Part shown: in pieces, positions 12,801 through 26,300 of the stretch | How positions within the stretch are numbered: position 1 is the first letter of the stretch | Layout: every line of letters starts with the position of its first letter | Source: Phoronis australis | Taxonomy: Eukaryota; Animalia; Phoronida | Direction of reading: 5' to 3' | Assembly (NCBI GenBank): GCA_002633005.1 | Contig: NMRA01000901.1 | Location: forward strand, 40,666-104,665 | DNA: 64,000 nt | Made by a program: the position numbers and the translations under genes | Notes under the pieces: generated by a model | The model's input: only the letters and a program-made list of their open reading frames with translations | Told to the model about the DNA's origin: nothing | Database searches by the model: none

Positions 12801-15800
12801 TTTCCAATGAGATAAGATGTGTGATCTTCCAATAAGTGATATCTTTTAAAAAACCTGTGCAGAATTTGATTTTTACTCTTCATTTAAAGGAGAATAAATA
12901 CGTTAACCTGCATTGTCTAGAAATTTTACTCAAACTACATATTACAGGGTTGGGGATTGGAATCTTAATACAACTGAGTCTGAACCCGTACCATGAGCAA
13001 TACAACACAATACACGGATATAAACATTTGCAGCCGATTTCATAAAGGTGGTTTAAAGTTAAACCTGGTTTAAACTGGACTTAGACCAGGTTTAATAATA
13101 ATCTGCATTTCATTAAGATGGTTTAACTTTTAGACCAGTGGTCTTGTAAAACCTGGTTGAACTCCAGTTTAGACCTGGTCTAAGTCAGTTGTCATTTCAC
13201 CAACGAGGTCTATATCCTTTAGACCTGCATTAAGATCTTAAACTATGTTTAACTTTAGACTTGGTCAGACCCAGGTTTAACTCTTAAATATGTCAGACTT
13301 GCATGGTATAGGTACAACTGAACGATGCCACGGTGTGCAATTGCGACGCAGTTTTAGAGCGGAAATGGACTATTTACAATATTCAGGTTTACTACGACAT
13401 GAGATCAAACGTAGCAGGGGCGGATCCAGGATTTTTTAAAGGGGAGCGGACGGTCAAGGACTTTTTGAAAGGGGGGACCAAGTCAACAATTTGAAAATTA
13501 TAGATTTGATATCATTAAAATCAAGGGAAAAAGGGGGCTCCGAACCCCTTGACCCCCCTGGATCCGCCTATGCGTAGACCAGTACGTGCTGGAGTGTGTC
13601 CTGCAGATTCCTCAGAATACGACTGGTCGAGCAGGTCTCATCGTCGCAAGCCCTACGGATTTGACTTAAGACAGCATCCTCTGATTCTTCTGACTAAGTT
13701 CCACCTCCACTGTTCTCCGATTCAATGTTGCCGGGAAGGGGTCTTGCCCCCCCTTTGGCCGCGAAAAATAAACACTAAAATAACACGGAAATAAATTTGG
13801 GCATTTATCATTTTACATCTAATCATCAGCATCTTCTTTAATGTGTGTGTGTTGGGCACAAAAATAACATTTTTCCTCATGAGAAAAGCTTTTAGACCTT
13901 TGTCGCTAATGTCTGCACTGATTCTACTGGTGTATGCCATTCTATACCCACGTGATCAAGGTTTCATTGAAACACTTCAATAGTTTCTTTGTTGGGTTTA
14001 CCCAGCTCGACACAGTTGGGTGCCTTTGATACTTTAAACCTGGTTCTATTGAACCAGCTCCCTGGTCTAGCAAAACCAGGCTTTCAGACTTTTAAACCAT
14101 GTTGGTGAAATGCAAGTTAGGTCTAAAATTAGACCAGGTTTAGGAAGACCAGGTTTAAGTCTTAAACCTGGTTTTGTTAAACCACCTTTATGAAATCGGC
14201 TGTTGGTGTTTAGGCTCCACGGAAAGGATTCGTGTTCGCGGTAATAGTTACTAAGGTGCGTGGTCATTGTTTGTGGATAATTTGGGATTCCTCTTTTGTG
14301 GTCATCCACGGTAAACCTGGTCGCATAGAGAACAATATATTAGCATCTTCATTGTTCCCGTTGTTAAAATAAAGATAGAATGACGACCACTTATCGGCAA
14401 CGGTCTGATGTACGCAAGGTTCTATATCCATGCGACCTGTGTTGTTACATCCAACAATGACACAACAGAGGAAAGCAATGATAGGACCGATGGACGAAAA
14501 ACATGCGACGAGTTTCCACTGACAGTGGTGGAGTTTGTCTTGTCATTCGAATGTGTTTTAGAGAACTGCAAACCCGGTATGCGGTCTTTTGTATTAAGTC
14601 GTGCGAAAAATTGCGGTCATGCCACCAAACTTATCATTCATTTGATATTACAATGCATTGCATGAAACTTTGATCAACAGAACATCTGTGTGTGAAGAAA
14701 TACCCATGAGGAAATTGCAAGGTATAACAACTGTAAATCAAAATAAGCTACATTTGTCGAGTTCATGTCTAACCCTGTTCACTGTGGAGGACATAATCGG
14801 GCTTTTTACAAAATGGAGCCATGTATGGTATTTAGTGGACAAATAGGCCTAAGTGGTAACTAGTAAAACATTCAAAACATTCAGGAGGAACAAATTTGTT
14901 GCAAAATATCGAAAAACATTAAGGACAATCTCATTTTACGGTGTTCACGCATCGATCTCAGATATATGAAAAATTCTCATTTTAGTACATTTGAGGTACC
15001 AAAATGTATAATTAATGAACAGGCTGACAAAGTTTTTATTTTATGCAATAACAGTAAAATGTTGTGTCAACAATTTGACCAAGTTTCATTCTCGTAGCAG
15101 GGGGACAGATTTGGTAAAGCAGTGTAATGAACATAACCTCAAAATGGCTTAACGGGGCAGTGTAGTAAAACTACTAAATGAGGGTGGTAAATCGCAATCG
15201 TGTTTCAAGACATCTGTGTAACAATCTATAGGCACCACTAAACAATGCCAAGTGAATAATAGTTCAATAGCTTTCATTCAAGGAAAAATAAACAATTAAA
15301 ACTGGACAGTTTTTATACTGTGAAAACATGGCTGCGAAGCCTAAAATGTGTTTGAGCCTATAACTTGAAAAAAAACGTAATATTTTGAGGAACTATTTTA
15401 CCGCTGTTTATAGATCCCATAGGACTACCTATGTGCCAAATTTTATGAAAATCGGCTGAACCCCACCTTGCCGCTGGATGGCTGTTACTCTCGTGGACTA
15501 GTACTTAATTGCGCTTGCGCTCAGCTGTCATGGCGGAGCATAACTGGTCATTCTATTTATTGTCTTTTGTCTTTCACTGTACATGTATGTTTTAATATTT
15601 AAGAATTACAACTCTCAATTTAAACAAATATAACCGCATGCGCTGCATATGCATTTGAATGAGTGTTGCGCTGTATGATACTTGTCCAATAGAAACATTT
15701 CGTTTAGATCGTAATACCTTAAAGATTTTTACGATTGGGGAGATCAATCGCCTCAAAACGGAGAATATATTGCACTTAGAAGTAAACTTCATATGGGACT

Positions 15801-18800
15801 TTGCTATCAATTTGGAAATAGTTTTGATTTTCGCACTAACGAGCTCATTATACATATTGCGGTAGTAAAACATGTAATAACCAACTCAAGTGTAGCTTGG
15901 TATATTATCACAACCAAAATACCCGCCTATGTACTCAAGGTCTGACTGAGTCGCTCAGAGATTTCCAAGTTCGGGTCTCAAATACAAGTGAAACACCACC
16001 AGCGACCTCTACTGACGTTCTGTGCAAACACTACACCAACACCATCAGTGACGCCACTACTGTGTACATAGCTTGTGATCGTCCAGTGAGTGGGAGATAT
16101 ATCTACATCACCAAGAACGGCAACAGCAAATCAGAAACGCTGTCTTTATGTGAGGTGGAAGTATTCGGGACCCCAGCGCTTGCAGGTATTTATCCGAGAC
16201 TGGTTTGCCTGGATAAGGACAAGCCGTGAATGATCGAAAATATCATTTATGACGTAATTTTTGGAAGTTAAGTACGAAAGTGACTTTGCAAGAAGGACTC
16301 GTACAAAAAAAAACTCTGGCTAGAATGTTAAGAAATTGATTACAAATTCAAAATATAAGCAACACTAGAACAGCATCAGGAAAAGTATCATGACAAAACA
16401 GGTTAGGTACATGTAGGTAATTATAGAAAAAAGAAATGGTGGTATAGGTTAGAATAGTGCACCGTATCACAAAAAGGAATGAATTCTGACCAATGATGTA
16501 CATGTAAGAGTATGGTACATTTTGTAATAATACTGAAGTGAAAAAGTGAATTAAATGGGAAGTGAAGTAAATGATTCCTAGTTTCATCGACTTCTATTCT
16601 ATAGAATGATTTTGCATGAGTAAGAGCTTTATGCTATTAAGAAAATGGGACTTCCCTGATTATTTTTGTTTAGTGTGTGTACAAATACATGTATAACACA
16701 TAGGTTTGTCCACATTGTTTCTATATTGTAGCCTCCAGCACACTCACTACAAGAGTGGACGTGGGTGATGGAGTGACACTAACATTTGATGGGCTAGAGC
16801 CATCTGGTGTCAGATGGCAGAAAGACAGTCTTGGGTTTTACGCCGAGGTCTCCATAGTTGGATGGAATGACAAGCTGGCTAACACAATTGATCCAGTTGA
16901 AGTGGGTCATGGCGGAGTGTACACTATATACAAATCGCCTGGAAATGTTCTTGGCATCACCCGCTTGGTCGTCAGAGGTAGGTTTGAATTTCCTTGTTTC
17001 TCGTCATAAAGCTTACTTTTTTCTAGGAAAGTGTGTGACGTACATGTACGCTATTGAAAATCTCGGTTATGTAAATGGAAGGGAGCAGGGTTGCATACAC
17101 ACCATATATAATCCATCGCCAAACATCAACAGCAAAATCAATTGCTAGTTTAATTTGGTGACTGTTGAAAGTATCCGGTCATAGTCTCTTTCTAAAAGAA
17201 TAAATTAATATTATTTTTACTGAGTCTTCAAATCGCTTTTCACATCCAGTTCTTCAGTTTTACAACAGTACTCCTCAACGTTCTGATCTGAAAAACAATT
17301 TCTTCGACTGAACACAGGTTCTTATCACCTGTAAGCTCGGTACAACTGACTGTTATTCGGAAACCTGAAGCAACGAGATTTTAACAACATGTTGTATCTA
17401 TTGAGACAACACGGATATACATGTATCGTGAGCTTTTTGATTGCTGCATTACACACGTCACAAAAATTGCCGACGGTATCCTGACAATTGCTTCCATAAT
17501 GCAGTTGTGGAAGGATGGAATTCTGTTTGGGGTGGGTGGGGTAGCACGTTTTGCAACTAAGTGGACAACTGATATGATGTTGAACGAACAGTGCACAAAA
17601 TTATGCTTGTGTTGAGCGTCACTGGCTCTCAGCTGTTTCTCATCGTGTCAGGTCCCTATTTTTTGCTAATAGCATATATGTAAATCACTCTCTTCGTAAA
17701 TGTAAATCATGTGAAATTATTATGTAAGAGTTGTTCCTTTGAATTTATAACACAGAATAGAATTTCTCTTCAGATTGCACGCGTACTAACTTTGCTCTGT
17801 GAAGACAGTATAGTTATGCAAAATGAAGATCATTGGTGTAGAATGTTGGGAATATTTATATGGTCATCCTACCACTCCCCAATGTCATCACTCAGCTTGA
17901 AATGAATGCTTCTGATACTACTTCTGTCTTTTCCATAAAATACGAAAATTCCTGTTTTATTTTGCTTTGTTTGCCGATAAGATCATGGAATGACATAGTT
18001 GCTGCGCCCAAACCTACATGTATTCATGAGAAAGCACCTGACGTAACTGGCTACGGTGTGTGAAGTGTGTTAAACTGTGTTGTGCAGTGCTGTTTTTGGT
18101 CCGTCTTTTGTTAGAGCGCATTTGTTTTCCGCTGCTGAAGTACATGTATGTAATGCTGATGTTTGTCTGTTGGTTTTAGGCATGATTTGTACATGTATCT
18201 CGATGACTCTCCGAACAAAAATGAGCCACGTGGAGGCAAAGTACCTGGAGTCAGCTAAGATTTAGGAACCGTTTTTTTTCCGCCTTAACAAAAGGAATTT
18301 TCATCGCAGTTATTATTTAATTGAGACATTTCAGCTGTCGTGTGGCTGCTTTTCCAGGTTTTAGGGATGTGAAACCAAAAATACTGTTGTCATACATCAC
18401 CCATTTTATAACACCACGATCTTAGGCTGCCGGGTTAGTCGCACTATCCGTTTCTAAAAAGAACAAGTTGTACACTCGTGAACATTGTGATAATAACCAA
18501 CAGTCCCGAGGATTGTTGTAATTGATGATCAAAAGTCCAAAATGTGCTTTAAATGATAATCATATTCTCATGAAATCACATCAGATTATATTTTTTATAT
18601 TCACAATATGCTATAGGTTTTGCTCACAAATATAATTATTCTAGTTATCACAAGACCTTTTTCTTCACAAAGTATTTATTTTCAGAGATTAAGTTGCCAT
18701 AATTTCCAATCGTGAATGTTTTCTTCCTCACACTCTTAGTTTCTGCCATCTACAAAAATTTCGTGTCCTTGTGGGGGGCTAAAATCTTTCCCTACTTATA

Positions 18801-20329
18801 TTCATTAAGTTGCGTGATGTGTTCAAATAAAGATGTCATGCTGATGTTCAAAATGTTCGCTGTGGCTGTGGTTCCTTGACGAAGCGTTCCATTTGTGTCG
18901 TTGCAGTATGCCCAAGGGATAAATACGGCGTTGATTGCACTGAGGATTGTCCACAATGTGAGAATGGAGGCATTTGTCACGACATCACTGGGGAGTGCAT
19001 CTGTCCACCTGGGTTTATGGGGCACAGTTGTTCTATAGGTGAGAACTTTAGTTAGCAGGTTTAAAATTCACCGCGTGGTTTAAGTTTACCCAACACACAC
19101 ACCAGTCGATCCATTCAAACCTATGGAACCATAGCACAAAAGTGTTCTAGAGGAGAGAATTTGAGTTATGGGTTTAAAAAGTCGTTTGAATTCATCATAA
19201 AAACAATAAAAAATCACCGATCAATTCATTCAAGTACTTAAAGAACGAAACACGTTTTGATAGATTTGTGGGTTTCCTAACGTGTGTTGCATGCAATAAA
19301 CTGAATATTAGAAATCTTCCAGCTGTCAATATTTAAATTTTGTTTTTGGATGGCAGCAATGTAAAAAGGGGCTACATGTACGCCTTCGCTTTGTGTAACT
19401 CTCTCGCTTCAACACCTGTACGTGGAATGGGCCGAACACAGCTCGTCATAAATATAGGCCAAAGCGAATGAACGACACTACATGTAGTTCTTGCAATTTG
19501 TTTGATTTTCTCAACAAAGTTAGTAATTTTGAAGGTTAGCTCTAAGACCAACATGTTAAATTTTGAAATTTGACCAATACACAATGTGGTTTGAGAAAAA
19601 GAAGGATCAAGAGAAAATTGCCTCTGTAATTCAAAAATCACATTAACTTGCGCACTTAAACTGTTTTGATTAATCGTCACATGAAGATCACATTTAATAA
19701 ATTTACAATTTTACAAGGGTATACTGTATATTACAGCAAGCGTATCACTGGTCCTGACACAAGTTTAATCAAACCATGTGCGCCAGATAAGTTTTCGCTT
19801 TAGTACGATCAGGTAACGAACACATGGGGTAGTTTAAAATGCATATTATTACAACACCGTGTTTCATCGACCACGGAAACGTATTATTACCAATTAATAC
19901 AAAGAAAATGATTTCTCAGAACCGTCAAAATGTCCAGATATGCATGTATAGATAGCACGTGTTTGGGTAGTCAACTCCTTGTATGACATCGTCTACAGCT
20001 GGCTTCCCACTGAAAATGACTAATTTCTGTCGAAAGGTTGTGGAGGTAATCTGTTTGGAAGTGACTGCTTATCGAAGTGCTCCGAAGTGGACGATGAGCA
20101 GGGATGTCGGGGGAAATATGTGTGCACGATAGATCCATACGGATGCTCCTGTGTTACTGGATTTAAAGGAGTGACTTGCAGTGAAGGTAAGAGTTGGTAT
20201 TCGTAAACCATACCACGTTTACTAAATGTGTTAGCCAAGATGTTTACCTGCGCAATCGCGCACCCCACCTAAAAATAGGGGGCTTGAACTTTTGGACAAT
20301 ACGATTCTTTTTCAACAAACAAGGGAATA

Positions 20330-20361
<32 letters not shown>

Positions 20362-23300
20362 TTAGCCTGTTCAGAGCTATGAATTGAGCAATCGCGGACA
20401 TTTTTTCCCACTTCGCCAACGCCAAATGGCGGCTCGTTCAAGCCCACGAGCACCCTGTGTGCGCGCATGCTGCGATAATCTATTATTTGATTTGTTTAAA
20501 CAGTATATGTTGCTGAAATACCTTGGGAACCATTTGGTAGATATTTTACATTACTCTTTTTATGGTCATGGTTCATTGCAGGTGTGTTTCTTAATACCAC
20601 GGCAGCGGATTAAAGAGCAGCGCTTGCAGTGTTTTAGTCTGCAGTTCTTTAACCTCGTTTTCGCACCGTTGAAGTTTCTCGTTCAGTAGCGACAACTGTA
20701 TTCGAACTTTCTACGCCACTGTTTTTCTTTTCTACTGTGCTATTGGCTGGAACTCCGGTGTCAGAAAGTTGGATAAACCTTAAAGTAGAAATAACCCTAG
20801 ATACATTGTGATCCAAAGTGATTTTTTATTCATCCTCACATTTCTATAACGAGGTGAAAGGAGCAATGGGTTTTTCTAGCTGCACAGAGGGAATCATAAT
20901 ACCTGTAATACTTGTTACGGACAGGATCAATGGGGAAATGCTGCTGCATTAATAACCTCCCCAGACCGTCCAGGTGACAGCAGAAGGGGCAGAACTTGTC
21001 TTTGCGTGCCAGCGTGTGATTTGAAAACTGACGGGCACGGCTCTTGTTGTGACTTTTAACAGCATGGCCATGTGTACTAGCGGCTTCGAGCAATCGGCTG
21101 CCATCATTGAACTCTGCCATTTGAACGAAGTCTGTTCGAGTGTGGGTTGAAGAGCCAGCAGCTTAATTTCAGCCGAGGATAAGCAAACGGGTTGGTTAGT
21201 GTTACAATACCGCGTACAAAAGGCAAGCTCACTGTATGATGCAGATGGCGTGATTGGAAAACATCTCAGTGGACTGGGATCTCTCCAGACTGAACAATCA
21301 TCAACACTGCCATAGAATAAGTGGTACAGATAATCTTGTGGTTTTCCAGGTCTAGATATGATAGCTTATTTGGGACACGTTGTTTACATTAGCCTCAAAC
21401 TCAATCCATGTACTACGTGGGTATACATGGTAGAGGCCACTACCCACCGCACAAATTATTTGGTAGCCCCATTCAGCACGGTTAGTTGCACTATGATGGC
21501 ATCGATACCTCAAAGGTAACACCATAGTTGACGGCACAATGCTTGGACTACTCAAAGGGGCCATTCCCTAGCTGCCCTTAATATATGGTTTAGCGAAGTT
21601 TGTTTTTCGCCAAGCATTTTCCACCAATTTGGGCATAACTTCCTACCGAACTCATTTTTACTACCCTACGTACACGTAAAAGTTGTTGAAAGTAATATAC
21701 AGCACGCTATATATTTGTTTCAGAAACAATTTCGGCAGAGCTTTAACCGTTGATTGGATGTGTTTTTCGTTACGTGGCTTGAATGTAAGAGCTCTCTGTA
21801 GTTAAGTATATTTTGCTACCAGGTATCTAAGAGCTGCCACCAGATGAAGACACGGTCAATTGCTGGTATGGACAAACCAACTGTCGTATTTAACATGCTT
21901 TATAGACAAAGGAACTTTTTGGAGTTGACGGAAGAACTCTATCATGGCGAAGACATTTTATTTTCTAAATAAAGACGCTTAAAGGAAACACACGAGTGAC
22001 TCTTAGTGTTTTGTAAATCGTCGAAACGCCAGACTTCTTTTAATTATTTCTAAAGTATTCTTAAATACAGAACTGAAGAACATGAACCTCTGACCAGTAT
22101 GAGTGAAATTCACGCCTCAAGTTAGCCGGTTCTAAATAATTTCCCAATGTTTTATTTCATTTGAAATTCTCTATAAATTGTTCTCTGGTCTCCGGGGTTC
22201 TTTCTCGAGATCGTGATTTTGGCTGACGTCTCTAAGTTCTCGTTTGTTGTTGGATAATAAGGCGAGCGGTTGCAATGGCGATCATGCTTCCAGGTAGCCA
22301 GGACAGTAATGTTGTATCCAGGAACTCTAAACAACGAATTGCTCTCGAGAGCGATACTTTTTCACTGAAATTTTATGTGGCAGTCACAGCCGGACCAAAA
22401 ATATACCGCTGTAGAACGCCTGACCCCAAAGTTTTGTAAATCGTGTATTTGGCTATAATTCACCTTATGACGCGTTACGGATGATTAAAGTAATCCATTT
22501 TTTTGCCTGTCACTTACGATATTCCTTCGAAGCATGAACTCCGGTGTTAAGCAGGTATCGCGGATTCGAAAAGAGATTCCTGCACCTTCAAAATACCCTA
22601 CTTGTCAAATAACACGAGCCCTGAATTTTAAAACAGGAACCCGGGAACTGAAACAACACTTCCGCACTTTTGGGCAAATATTGTTTAATGAAAAAAAAAC
22701 ACTTCGGCTTTCAATAGTTGCTGTGATATTTTTTAGTAAAACATGAGAATTTTAGACAACTTATGACAGATTAGCCCTCTACCTTATTCTACTGCTCAGG
22801 TTGTGGTGAGATGTTATGTGTCGTCTTTTCGCACCATGAAGTATTGTGTCCCCAATTATTTAATCATCTTTTCTTCTTCCATGCAGTTGCGCACATGTCC
22901 CAACAAATTAATTAACAACGACATTCCAAATTCGACGTTACATTTTTGTTTTTCATTTTTAAAACGTGTCTGGGGAAAGTATTGAGTAATATTGAGTTTC
23001 GAGTGGCTTAACGACTTCCGTCCAATACTTCATTTGGCGGAAAGCTTGTAGATAACTGTTTTGTTTCACAATATAGTTTAAGAGAGAGTACAAAAGGTGG
23101 CTATTTAGTTTAACACAGTGGTATTCGTTTCATATAACAAACTGAAACCTCAAAAAATGCGGGATGAGCTATGGTTGTGGTGACACCGTCTGCCATTTTT
23201 CAAGATGGCCATACAAGTACTTTGATTCGCACAAATTTGAAACAGATAAGTGTGGCGTTTTTATTTAAACATTGCATCATAGACTTTCTGGGTCGACTAA

Positions 23301-26300
23301 CCCATTAAGACGCATTGCGTTTGATAGTAGTAATAACATCACATTCTAAGATGGGTACCGAATAGTTGCTGCATGTAAGAACTTCAAAGGCCAGAGATAT
23401 GTCATGGGCACAGATTCCATATCATTTGCTTTTAGGTCAACACGCTTATTAAAATATCTGTGTTGCTCTGCTGATGAGGACTACTATTTTCAATGTTGTT
23501 CAAGGAATAATAACTCATCTGAGAAAAAAGCATCAGGCCCGCCGGGACTGGAGGGTCACTCTGCTTCTGAAAAATATGCTGTATCGAAAATAAGTCTCTG
23601 CAACTAATTAAGTGATCTACTGTCTTCACCTGGTAAGTGTCTGTGTCACCTCCTCTTTGTTATAAGTGTGTGTAAATACAGCACCAGTTGAGACAGGAGA
23701 AAGGTAACCTCAGGTATGTTTAGCGAGCTAGGCTTCTCTTAAGTGGTGTTACAGTCCGTGATCAGAAGCTATACTCAAAAAACCAATATTTACAAAACTA
23801 ATGTACGTCAGCTAAGAATAAGTAGCTGCAGTTTATACCACGATATCTTCCATATCCAACTGAGCACGTGAATCATACAAATAACTTTTTGCATGAACCT
23901 CTCTCCGAGGTGCAGTCGGTCTTGCAGGAATATCATGCTACATGTACTTTCAGCAGAATCTCTGGTGCTGCTGGCTGGTCAGTCGTCGCGGTAATACATT
24001 TTTCACGTACCAGTATCAATCCCAAATGCACTGTGTCACGGGCACAGGAACTTGACCACCTTTGCACTTGGTAGTATGGCCGCATGAAGTTTAGCTGCTG
24101 AAGCAGTTGTTCATAATGACTCTATTTTGACTGAAACCTATTTCTCAATTCGCTAGTGTCACTAGTCATCCAACTTTCCGGAGACAGCACCGCCATAAAA
24201 CATAGATACAACTCATTCACCAGCTTCAAATATGTGTGCTTGGGTCTAGAGAATACTCAAGTGCTTTTGCAGAATTCTCGATCATACGGTTTTTTGAATG
24301 GGTGAGCCTTGCCAATACCAAAAACAGTCATGTTGTTGTTCAACAGCCAACTACAATATATTGCATGTCATAACCATATAAGTTTCGGCAAGACGTGACT
24401 AAGGTTGTGTCTTGATGTCCAAGATTCTACTCTTGCTTTGGTGCCACTGATAAGATTCCATGAACAATGGGAACTATGCAGTAGCATGGTAGCGCAAAAT
24501 AACCAAAGAGAGTCTGCAATGAGGATAGTAAGGCATTGTGCTGCGGTCTCTACGGCTGATTCTGCAATTAAAACATCTGCGTCACCTTGAGGTTGCAGCA
24601 ATGTGCAACCAGCATTTTGTAGCAAACCTTGAGAAGATGTGAAAGAGCCTTTGCATGTATTGGCTGTTTGCCTAGAGTGCTCCTTCTTTGACTTGATCGC
24701 CACATCACCGTTGCAGTGAACCTCAGTTCAAACCACTGCACGTGGTATTGGAACATGGGAGAGGTTTTAAGACGCTTTATCCTCTCCCATTACCACCAAT
24801 TCCAACAGTGGGCTGGGTGCAGCTGCTGTTGTAACCCACAAAAGCTTTGCCAACTGACAAAAACGTTGCACCTCTAAGCCATGGATTACCCTGATGGAGA
24901 AATATGCGGTCTGTTACATACCTGTTTTCTGGAAATGGGTAATCGTCTGGTAGTCCCCCAAAGAATTGGAGTGCATCAGCTAATATTGGTTTATTTGCGA
25001 TTCTGGAAAGACCGGGTGTACCTAAATGAGGGGAGCACCAATACACATCTCATACTTTAAAAGGCTTGATGAAATTTACTGTCGTCTTTTGCAGCTGCCA
25101 GCACAGATTATAGTACATGAAATGCCAACTGTGTATATATTCAATGGACAAAATCTGTGAACACGTGCATTAGCCGTGATGTCATCATTTAGTAGCAACA
25201 CCTGGGGTGCGTTCAGTAACGCTAGTACCAACCCGAGGACCTAGCTAAAATCTGGTCAAAATCACGTGTTCTCGTTTGAAATACACGACAATGTTTCACG
25301 TGATCTCGCGAAGTCTTGCTATTTAACGAGGTTCAATCGTTACAGAACGGGGATCTGGGAAATTTAGCAAAGTTTTACTTCTGGGAAGTACGTGGTCTGC
25401 TTATCATGGTTGTCTGTTTTGTGGGCGAGAGTTCGGCCACACAGAAGAAATGTAAAGGACTAAGTTTCTAAGAGTACTTACGAAGACTTTAAACAACGTT
25501 TCGAAGACGAAATTTTTGGTTCGTTGTACTAGACAGTAAAATAGATACGAGAAGTTCCCATCACAATACACTAACTGGAAACTGTAGTATGTATTTGAAC
25601 CAGTTTGTTGATTACTTAAGAGAATCGTTAATTAGCGGAATTTACGTAAATGAGAATGTGCCTCAAATCTTTATGTTGCTATACGCTGATGATATGGTTG
25701 GTTGTGCAGAGACAGCATTTAAACTACAGCAACAAATTAATGCTCTGCATGAATACTGTCAGGATTGGGGTATGGAAGTAAACCTTACAAAAACAAAAAT
25801 AATGGTATTTAGAAAGGGCAGACCATTGAGAAAATGCGAAAAATGGCATTTTGGAAATGGCAAAATTGATGTCGTCTCATCATATAAGTACCTGGGTATT
25901 TGCCTTACGCCTAAGTTAGTCTGGACGCAAGCTACGGAAACTTTGTCTCACCAGGCACAGAAAGCATTTTTTTCAATTAAACGTTTTCAGTCAAAATGTG
26001 GACGACTTTCACCGAAAATTGCACTCGAGATTTTTGATAAAATGGAAGTGAGATTTGGGGATTTAAAGAATACTCTTGTATCGAGCGCGTCCAATTGAAA
26101 TTCTGTAAGCAACTGCTGGGTGTTGGAAGTAACTGTCCAAATCATGCTGTCCTGGGAGAACTGGGAAGGTATCCAATTTATGCAAAGCTGTGTGTTGAAC
26201 TGATAAAGTATTGGTTTAAATTGTTAAAAATGCAGGCACATCGAAATCCAAAATCTGTCTATGACAAGCTTGTCACATTGGATGAGGCCCGTAGGAAAAA

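Noticed and set aside
13031-13290. Repeated palindromic aaacctggttt units resembling a CRISPR or operator array
   Set aside because: Irregular spacing, no unique spacers, eukaryotic context; explained as transposon subterminal repeats mirrored at 14030-14202.
20690-21125. Minus-strand Cys-containing frame (FCPFCCH...) resembling a zinc-finger relic
   Set aside because: Too fragmentary to support a call.
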